From NCBI GenBank assembly GCA_001783805.1, contig MFNS01000001.1:128649-192648 (forward strand): a stretch of 64,000 bases of DNA, in the 5' to 3' direction. The notes under the pieces are model-generated. The model ran no database searches. It saw only the letters and a list, made by a program, of their open reading frames with translations, and was not told the origin of the DNA. The stretch comes from Candidatus Levybacteria bacterium RIFCSPHIGHO2_01_FULL_40_16. GTDB lineage: Bacteria > Patescibacteriota > Microgenomatia > Levybacterales > UBA12049. This document shows positions 58,061 through 64,000 of this stretch, one piece after another (position 1 is the stretch's first letter; the number at the start of each line of letters is the position of its first letter). The position numbers and the translations under genes are program-made.

Positions 58061-58907
58061 TTTTCATCTTCTGAAGAATACTTTTTTTGGCGCATTTTTC
58101 TAGAGAATCATCGAGGGGATTTGGTACAATATTTTTATTGTATTTTTTTTCAAGGGCAATTTTAATTAATAAATCCGTGAACTGCGGATTTTTTGGCAGA
58201 ATTGGGCCGTGTAAATACGTTCCGAAGCTGTTTTTATAAACCGCACCTTCGGTTTCGTCCCCCGCCTGCCACGACTTGCCGTCTGGTATGGCGGGCAGGT
58301 CTCCATTATTTCCGTATCCCTTAATCACTTTTCCGAGTGGTTTAACCGATTTCCCCAAGTAAGTTCTTCCTCCATGATTTTCGAAACCCACCAGCGCTTG
58401 CTCATTGTCATTCTGACGAAGGTCAGAATCTCCTTTTGTATGAGATCCTGAAACAAGTTCAGGATGACACGGACTAATGGCGATGTTGCCAATTAAGCGG
58501 GGTTCATCGGGACCCGGGTTTTCGGTATATAGATCGAGAATATTTAAGCCTTTAATAATTTTTCCATCTGCTTCTCTATAATATTTTCCCAGGAATTGGT
58601 ACGCGCCGCAGATATAGAGTCCGGGGATTCCATCTTCAATCATCTCTTTTAATGCTTCACGCTTTTTTAATAAATCATAAGCGACAATTTTTTGCTGTTG
58701 ATCCTGTGCCCCGCCCATAAATATCAAATCGCACATTTTCAACTCATTAATCTTAAATTCTAAATCAAGCAATTTAATTTCAACTTTAATCCCGCGCCAT
58801 TCGCAGCGTTTTTGCAAAACAATAATATTTCCCCGGTCTCCGTATGTTGACATTAACTCCGGGTATAACCAGCCGATTACTAAATTGTATTTTGTATTAT
58901 GTATCAT
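58053..58907 (-). CDS. gatD: lipid II isoglutaminyl synthase glutaminase subunit GatD (CobB/CobQ-like GATase)
   Basis: Collinear with GatD: LYPELMSTYGDRGN, catalytic Cys context GLYICGAYQFLGK, VGFENHGGRTY, GTYLHGPILPKN. Carries a 26-aa in-frame insertion (SPCHPELVSGSHTKGDSDLRQNDNEQ) encoded by the palindromic element at 58407-58470. Confidence 0.8.
   Translation of the reverse strand: MIHNTKYNLVIGWLYPELMSTYGDRGNIIVLQKRCEWRGIKVEIKLLDLEFKINELKMCDLIFMGGAQDQQQKIVAYDLLKKREALKEMIEDGIPGLYICGAYQFLGKYYREADGKIIKGLNILDLYTENPGPDEPRLIGNIAISPCHPELVSGSHTKGDSDLRQNDNEQALVGFENHGGRTYLGKSVKPLGKVIKGYGNNGDLPAIPDGKSWQAGDETEGAVYKNSFGTYLHGPILPKNPQFTDLLIKIALEKKYNKNIVPNPLDDSLEKCAKKSILQKMKIK
58097..58111 (+). repeat. 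15-bp direct repeat TTTCTAGAGAATCAT (right copy)
   Basis: Right partner of the 57649-57663 repeat (same TTTCTAGAGAATC motif with the TCTAGA core). Lies 37 bp downstream of the 57728..58060 stop and inside the 3' end region of gatD. Confidence 0.6.
58407..58470. repeat. double-hairpin palindromic element, copy B (in-frame inside gatD)
   Basis: GTCATTCTGAcgaagGTCAGAATC ... GATCCTGAAacaAGTTCAGGATGACAC. Translated in the gatD frame with no stop codon. Confidence 0.7.
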
Positions 58908-58927
58908 GTATCATGTATCATGTATTA
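58886..58927 (-). repeat. heptanucleotide microsatellite (TGTATCA/TGTATTA)x6 spanning the gatD start codon and its 5' region
   Basis: tgtattttgtattatgtatcatgtatcatgtatcatgtatta. The gatD ATG (58907) and first seven codons (MIHNTKY) are encoded by the repeat. Confidence 0.8.
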
Positions 58928-58936
58928 AGTATAAAA

Positions 58937-60265
58937 TTATAGAATCTTCTTTCCTGTCAGAATTTTTCTTACGTCAAGCATGGCTGAATAGGTCGGTAAA
59001 ATATATAAAATCTCGTCTTTTAGTGTTGCGATTAAGGCATCGAAAACAGCCTCTTCAAGATTTTCTATAATTTTAAATTTTGAACTGTAATTTTGACTTT
59101 TGACGTTTGAATTTTGAGCTTTAGAAGAATATTTTAAACGTAAAGCCATATCAAAAGCCCGATCACCGGAAATCAAAATATTTTTAAATTTAGAAATGTA
59201 TTCCTCTGTGTCAGCATCCCAGATCCAGGAAACGTCTCTTCCGTCAGGAATGCGGTCATTCAAAACCAACAATAAATTCTTGGCATTTAACCTGACAATT
59301 GTTTTTAAAGATTCGTTAAGGCTTGTGGGATTTTTTGACAGGAAAATCTGTATTTTTTTTCCATAAACATTCAATATTTCCTGTCTGCCAAAAGCCGGCT
59401 TAAAGTCTTTCAAAGAGGATATAATTTTTTCATTGCTAAAGCCAATCTCTTTTGCCAAAAGAACAGCAGCATTAGTATTGTATTTATTGTAGTCTCCGAA
59501 CAAAGGATAAATCGGCGAAGAAGTAAATGTTTTTTGCGGATGTTTAAGTCCACAGTTATCGCAATGCCAATTACCAAGATGTGAGAAATATGCAGAGTCG
59601 TAAGCTAATTTTCGGCCGCAATTCGGACAATAAGTTGAATCAGAAGCATGTTGGGCTTTATTAATACCATTTGCCGGATTAATTCCAAAGTATTTTACAG
59701 TTGCACCTTTAAGGTGTAAGCCTAAATAAGTTATTTGCGGATCATCAGCATTCAATATTAGGGTTGTTGCGCTATTTAATTTCTTCAAAGCTTCGCGCCA
59801 TTTACTGGCGATAGTATTTATTTCTCCATATCGATCCAATTGATCGCGGAATAAATTTAAAAGAATTATAAAATTAGGATCGGCTATTTCCTTCAAAATC
59901 AACGGAAGCGTATTTTCGTCAATTTCAAAAATCGTATAATCATAATTTAATGTACAAAGTACGTTGCTATGTAGCAGCATACTTGAAGCAATGCCGTTGA
60001 GAAGGTTTGCGCCACCTTCATTTTGGAAGACGCGGTAATTATTTTTTTTCAAAATAGTTCTTATCAGTTTGGCAGTAGTTGTTTTTCCGTTAGTTCCGGC
60101 AATCAAGATAATTTTTAATTTTGGATTATGCTTTAAAATTTGCTTGATAAAGTTTGGATTTATGGATAAGGCAATATGCCCCGGCCAAGTTGACCCCGAT
60201 CCGAGATTAAGTAAGCGACTAAAGGCTGAGAGTAATTTACCAAGCAGGATCAATAATAAATTCAT
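58937..60265 (-). CDS. murT: lipid II isoglutaminyl synthase MurT (Mur ligase family with zinc ribbon)
   Basis: N-terminus LILLGKLLSAFSRLLNLGSGSTWPGHIAL, Mur ligase P-loop IAGTNGKTTTAKLI, and the Cys4 ribbon CPNCGRK...CDNCGLK characteristic of MurT. Start trimmed to ATG 60265 from the listed 60364. Confidence 0.8.
   Translation of the reverse strand: MNLLLILLGKLLSAFSRLLNLGSGSTWPGHIALSINPNFIKQILKHNPKLKIILIAGTNGKTTTAKLIRTILKKNNYRVFQNEGGANLLNGIASSMLLHSNVLCTLNYDYTIFEIDENTLPLILKEIADPNFIILLNLFRDQLDRYGEINTIASKWREALKKLNSATTLILNADDPQITYLGLHLKGATVKYFGINPANGINKAQHASDSTYCPNCGRKLAYDSAYFSHLGNWHCDNCGLKHPQKTFTSSPIYPLFGDYNKYNTNAAVLLAKEIGFSNEKIISSLKDFKPAFGRQEILNVYGKKIQIFLSKNPTSLNESLKTIVRLNAKNLLLVLNDRIPDGRDVSWIWDADTEEYISKFKNILISGDRAFDMALRLKYSSKAQNSNVKSQNYSSKFKIIENLEEAVFDALIATLKDEILYILPTYSAMLDVRKILTGKKIL
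59078..59119 (-). repeat. heptanucleotide tandem repeat (NNTCAAA)x6 inside murT
   Basis: Plus strand ttttgaactgtaattttgacttttgacgtttgaattttgagc. Coding strand encodes SSKAQNSNVKSQNYSSKFK near the MurT C-terminus. Confidence 0.7.
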
Positions 60266-60294
60266 TGATATATTATATCCTATGACATTGAAGA

Positions 60295-61194
60295 TTACAT
60301 TGAGCGGAGGATCTTGATGCGTTCTGCGATTGGCGGATGAGTATTGAAAAGACTTGTGAACCAATGCTTGGAATTAGCGTGAAGCTTAAAGGGATTTGAG
60401 ATGTATAGGTGTGCGGTAGCATTATTGGCAGCTTCAAGAGGTTCTTTGTCTCTGGAAATTTTTTCCAGAGCAGACGCCAAACCTTCGGGATAACGTGTTA
60501 AAAGAGCTCCTGATGCATCGGCGAGAAACTCTCTTTTTCGGGAAACTGCAAGTTGAATTAAGGTTGCAATAATAGGAGATAAAATCGCAAACGCGATTCC
60601 AATTAATAAGAATATGCTTTGAGAGCTACCCCTGTCATCTCTTCTTCTTCCACCCCCGTACCATAAGCTACGCATGAAAAAATCAGCCAGAAGTGCCACT
60701 AAACCCACCAAAATTACGACAATCGCCATAAGTCTGATATCGTAATTTCTTACATGGGAAAGCTCATGGGCAATAACTCCCTCAAGTTCAACCCTATTTA
60801 ATCTTCCTAGAATCCCTGTTGTTACGCAGACAACGGAATGCTTTGGATCTCGTCCCGTAGCAAATGCATTAATAGCCGAATCCTCGATAATGTAGATTTT
60901 AGGCAACGGAGTTCCTGCGCCAATGCAAAGATTTTCGACTATCCTGAAAAGTTGAGGATTATCAGCTTTTTTAATTTGTTTGGCTCCGGACATTCCCAGA
61001 ATCATTTTGTCTGAGTAATAATAACTTGAAAAAACCATGATTCCTGAAAAAATAAGTCCTATTCCCGCGTACGATAAGCCGTAACCTGATGCTTTACCAT
61101 AGACAAAAAGAATAGTGGTTATGAAAATAACAAACAAAAACATTATTAACCAGGTCTTCGTTTTGTTTGAAGATATCTGAGAGTAAATGTTCAT
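60295..61194 (-). CDS. htpX: zinc metalloprotease HtpX (M48)
   Basis: HELSHVRN zinc-binding motif and four TM helices. Confidence 0.9.
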   Translation of the reverse strand: MNIYSQISSNKTKTWLIMFLFVIFITTILFVYGKASGYGLSYAGIGLIFSGIMVFSSYYYSDKMILGMSGAKQIKKADNPQLFRIVENLCIGAGTPLPKIYIIEDSAINAFATGRDPKHSVVCVTTGILGRLNRVELEGVIAHELSHVRNYDIRLMAIVVILVGLVALLADFFMRSLWYGGGRRRDDRGSSQSIFLLIGIAFAILSPIIATLIQLAVSRKREFLADASGALLTRYPEGLASALEKISRDKEPLEAANNATAHLYISNPFKLHANSKHWFTSLFNTHPPIAERIKILRSM

Positions 61195-61197
61195 ACT

Positions 61198-61749
61198 TTA
61201 GAACGAAACTTTAACAGATTTTCTTTCAGATTCAGTTGCCGCAAAGAATTCCTCTTGTCTAAATCCAAACATATTCCCAACTATGTTTCCTGGAAAATTT
61301 ACCAAGATTGAGTTGAAGCTTGCGACGTTGGTATTGAAAAATTGTCTTGCGTAGGCAATTTTTGCCTCAATATCTGAAAGTTCTTCCTGTAATGCTAGAA
61401 AATTTTTACTTGCTTTGAGATCCGGATATGCTTCCGAGATTGCAATCAAACTTTTCAAAGCCTGAGACAGCATATTGTCCGATTGCGCTTTTTCCGCAGT
61501 TCCTTTGGCATGCATCAGAGATGCTCTTGCTTTAGTAACATTTTCCAGTAATTCTTTTTCGTGTTTGGCATAACCCTTAACAGTTGAAACAAGATTCGGA
61601 ACTAAATCAATTCTGCGTTTTAGTTGAACATCTATTCCGCTTAGTGACTCTTTAATTCTAACTTTTCCAGTTACTAGGGAATTATACGTAGTCCAAACGA
61701 ACAATGCTATTAAAACAACTGCAATAATTATAATTAAATTAAAATCCAT
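61198..61749 (-). CDS. lemA: LemA family protein
   Basis: N-terminal TM helix then a conserved LemA body (YNSLV...IDVQLKRRIDLVPNLV). The LemA-HtpX pairing is common. Confidence 0.85.
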   Translation of the reverse strand: MDFNLIIIIAVVLIALFVWTTYNSLVTGKVRIKESLSGIDVQLKRRIDLVPNLVSTVKGYAKHEKELLENVTKARASLMHAKGTAEKAQSDNMLSQALKSLIAISEAYPDLKASKNFLALQEELSDIEAKIAYARQFFNTNVASFNSILVNFPGNIVGNMFGFRQEEFFAATESERKSVKVSF

Positions 61750-61764
61750 TATTTATTCACCTCC

Positions 61765-63531
61765 TTACATTTTTATCCATTTTATAAAATCTTCAAATTC
61801 CAAGGTATTAATTATATCACTTTTTGTTGCCCAACCCCGTCTTGCCATTGCTACACCATATTTCATGAGATTCATTTGGCGAACTTCATGGCTGTCGGTG
61901 TCGATTATAAGTTTAACTCCATTCTTAACTGCTTCCATAATTAAGGGATCGGGTAAGTCAAGTCTATTCGGCCAGCTGTTAATTTCCAAGGCTTTATTAT
62001 TTTTTTTGCAAAAATCAAAAATTTGGTCAAAATCCAATTCATATCCAGGACGTTCGTTAAGCATTCTTCCCGTAGGATGCGCAAGGATTTTTGCTTTTGG
62101 GTGACTTAATCCTGCCAAAACTCTCTTCGTCATCTCTTGCTTATTCGTTGAAAACGAACTATGAATCGAGACAATTGCGCCATCAAGAAGCTCCAGTGAT
62201 TTATCGTCAACAGCAAGTTTTCCCGAGCTCAAAATATCTATTTCGAGTAATTTAAATATTTGAACATTTTTAATACTCGAAGAAATGTGTTCAATATATT
62301 CATTTCTTCTTGCAATTAGAGAGTATATTTCATCTTTACTATGCATAGAAATGCTCGGATTATGCTCGGAAAAACCAAGATATTCGTATTTTAGTTTTTT
62401 TGCGTATTCAGCCATTTCCTTGATGTCTGTTTGGCCAAGATCATGGCTTGGCTCAATAGGAAAGTTGGAATGAATATGCAAATCCCCCTTGATATCCGAC
62501 AACTCAACTAATTTGGGAAGCTTGTGTTGAATGGCAAGCTCAATTTCGCCTTTGTTTTCCCTCATTTCCGGCGGAATCCAACTCATCTCCAGAAAATTAT
62601 AAAATTTCTCTTCAGTAGCGTATTTCATGAGCTTTCCATTTTTTTTCAGGTCTTTTATTCCTCGTTCCGAAAGCGAAAGGCCTTGCTTTAAAGCATACTC
62701 ACGCAGGCGCACATTATGGTCTTTGCTGCCCGTGAAGTGTTGTAAAAGTGCTCCAAAGCCTGCGGGAAACGCAACCATGAGATCGATTTGCCTGCCGCCG
62801 GATGTTAATATTGAAGCTGTTTCAGAACCTTGTTCAACAACTCTTTCTTTGTAGGGATAGGCAACAAAATGCGCTATGGCTTCCTTGGGACTGCTTGTTG
62901 TCACAGCGATGTCAATATCACCGATTGTAGGCATCATTCGCCTAATGCTACCTAAAGGAATAGCCTCAATTATTGCAGGAGATTGTTTTAGATAGGAAAT
63001 AATTTTTTCTGCGATTTCAGTTGCAAACGGAAGGATCATTCTGGTGGTTTTTCCTTTGCCTTCTTTATATTCAAAAAGAGCCCTAAGTATATCCTGTTCC
63101 GATTTTTCCCCAAAAGTTGGAATTTTGGCAATTTGGTGATTTTTAGCCTTGATAATTAGGTCTTCGATAGCGGTTTCGGGATTATTCAGTGACAATTTCT
63201 TAGCCAATTTGTAGGCTTTTTTGGGACCGATGGAAGGAACGTACATTAAGACAAAAACAGATTTTGGTATTCCCCTTAGAACAGCATTGAAGTGGGAAAC
63301 TGATCCTTTTTTGAATAATTCTTCCAGCCTTGATTGGATGGTCGCGCCTATGCCTGGAAGAGTTTGTAATTTTCCTTCTCTATATATGTCCTTAATCTCG
63401 GTCGTAGAGGACGCAATTGCCTCCGAAGCTTTTTGATAAGCTAAGATTTGAAAATAAAATTTCTTACTGTCTTTGATTGAATAGGCCGCGGCAACCTGCC
63501 TGAAAAGGCGAGTTATTTCCTGATTACTCAT
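61765..63531 (-). CDS. polX: family X DNA polymerase with C-terminal PHP domain (PolX)
   Basis: N-terminal HhH/pol-beta-like region (GIGATIQSRLEE, GSIRRMMPTIGDIDI nucleotidyltransferase Asp pair). C-terminal PHP motifs GDLHIHSNFP, FSEHNPS, IDTDSH. Confidence 0.85.
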   Translation of the reverse strand: MSNQEITRLFRQVAAAYSIKDSKKFYFQILAYQKASEAIASSTTEIKDIYREGKLQTLPGIGATIQSRLEELFKKGSVSHFNAVLRGIPKSVFVLMYVPSIGPKKAYKLAKKLSLNNPETAIEDLIIKAKNHQIAKIPTFGEKSEQDILRALFEYKEGKGKTTRMILPFATEIAEKIISYLKQSPAIIEAIPLGSIRRMMPTIGDIDIAVTTSSPKEAIAHFVAYPYKERVVEQGSETASILTSGGRQIDLMVAFPAGFGALLQHFTGSKDHNVRLREYALKQGLSLSERGIKDLKKNGKLMKYATEEKFYNFLEMSWIPPEMRENKGEIELAIQHKLPKLVELSDIKGDLHIHSNFPIEPSHDLGQTDIKEMAEYAKKLKYEYLGFSEHNPSISMHSKDEIYSLIARRNEYIEHISSSIKNVQIFKLLEIDILSSGKLAVDDKSLELLDGAIVSIHSSFSTNKQEMTKRVLAGLSHPKAKILAHPTGRMLNERPGYELDFDQIFDFCKKNNKALEINSWPNRLDLPDPLIMEAVKNGVKLIIDTDSHEVRQMNLMKYGVAMARRGWATKSDIINTLEFEDFIKWIKM

Positions 63532-63594
63532 AAACCCATTCTAAGTTATTGTTGTATAGAATTCAATTATTTGTTAAAATAGGTAAGGAAGCGA

Positions 63595-63806
63595 GGGGCC
63601 GTAGCGCAATTGGTTAGAGCGGAACGTAAAACGTTCCAGGCCTCCCTGCTTGCCCCGTAAGATTGCGGGGAAATGGGCTCGTAGTGAAGTTGGTCTATCA
63701 CGTCTCCCTGTCACGGAGAAGATCGCCGGTTCGAATCCGGTCGAGCCCGCAATCTGTGGGGTCACGGAGGAGGTTGCGGGTTCGAGTCCCGCCGATCCCG
63801 CAGCGT
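63595..63806 (+). pseudogene. degenerate outer tRNA-Asp-like gene split by an insertion that carries the functional tRNA-Asp
   Basis: The 5' part GGGGCCG-TA-GCGC-AATTGGTTA-GAGC-G then an extra hairpin GGAACGTAAAACGTTCC, then CCTCC-CTG. The 3' part (G)TCAC-GGAGG-AGGTT-GCGGG-TTCGAGT-CCCGC-CGATCCC-G parallels the inner tRNA-Asp 3' half. The acceptor halves are imperfectly complementary. The inner tRNA is bracketed by inverted repeats CCCC..GATTGCG and CGCAATC..GGGG. Confidence 0.35.
63675..63749 (+). tRNA. tRNA-Asp (anticodon GUC), complete, nested inside a degenerate tRNA-Asp-like gene
   Basis: Manual cloverleaf: acceptor GGGCTCG/CGAGCCC, D-arm GTGA-AGTTGGTCTA-TCAC, anticodon stem TCTCC/GGAGA with loop CTGTCAC (GTC), variable AGATC, T-arm GCCGG-TTCGAAT-CCGGT, discriminator G. 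Confidence 0.85.
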
Positions 63807-63829
63807 AATACCTCAAAATATTTCAGCTA

Positions 63830-63858
63830 TTGCCTTTTTAAAATAATAGTTGTATAAT
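63830..63858 (+). promoter_or_regulatory. near-consensus sigma70-type promoter (TTGCCT-N17-TGnTATAAT)
   Basis: -35 TTGCCT at 63830-63835, a 17-nt spacer, and an extended -10 TGTTATAAT with TATAAT at 63853-63858. Lies upstream of the ATG at 63896. Confidence 0.45.
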
Positions 63859-63895
63859 CCTGCCACAAGAACTGCCTCGAATAAAAATGCTTCTA

Positions 63896-64000
63896 TGCCA
63901 AAAATAAATAAAAAGTCCAGGAGAAAAACTGTAAAGGCAAAAATACAGAAAGATATACAAAAAGGAATTGTAAGTCGCTTGAGGTTTACAGAATCATACA
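63896..64000 (+). CDS. partial CDS (5' end only), basic N-terminus MPKINKKSRRKTVKAKIQKD...
   Basis: ATG at 63896, about 37 nt downstream of the predicted promoter. Lys/Arg-rich N-terminus, possibly a small ribosomal or nucleic-acid-binding protein. Runs off the window end. Confidence 0.3.

Noticed and set aside
63574-63857. ORFs 63574..63816 (-) and 63663..63857 (+)
   Set aside because: They are translations of the tRNA-Asp locus. The peptides have the GFEPA/GSSPV signatures typical of tRNA read-through. They are not genes.

Overview
This 64-kb window looks like the AT-rich, small-gene chromosome of a Patescibacteria (CPR)-like bacterium. This is inferred from gene content and composition, not from a search.

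Core genes, in order:
- tspO, then a DUF763 gene.
- A minimal division/cell-wall cluster mraY-ftsW-murG-ftsQ(short)-ftsA-ftsZ.
- ileS, a second SEDS gene (rodA-like), rplU-rpmA, an orphan parB, lepB.
- pyrE-like/pyrF and a divergent pyrD.
- A complete F1Fo ATP synthase operon (atpBEFHAGDC, minus strand).
- dnaE, gatCAB, murT-gatD (lipid II amidation), htpX, lemA and a PolX/PHP polymerase.

Two accessory regions stand out:
- 8.5-13.4 kb holds a cohesin-like/dockerin surface-protein pair next to a secreted metzincin-like protease and other secreted proteins.
- 20.5-41.5 kb is a roughly 21-kb surface-glycan island bounded by tRNA genes. It carries two GT4, four GT2 and five GT-C membrane glycosyltransferases, five SAM methyltransferases, a Wzx flippase and an O-antigen-ligase-like protein.

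The most unusual signals:
- Two loci have a complete tRNA gene nested inside a (pseudo-)tRNA of the same anticodon. At Val-CAC (20284-20467) the outer gene is intact and the insert sits at the canonical 37/38 intron position, closed by long-range stems. At Asp-GTC (63595-63806) the outer gene is degenerate.
- A family of about 65-nt double-hairpin palindromic elements has three copies, one inserted in-frame into gatD.
- Tandem heptanucleotide repeats (mostly 4-6 units, CTCAAAG-like) recur inside conserved coding sequences (ileS, gatB, murT, a DUF763 gene, glycosyltransferases). They encode related S/K/Q-rich insertion peptides, and one sits over the gatD start codon.

No CRISPR array, rRNA, integrase or transposase was seen.
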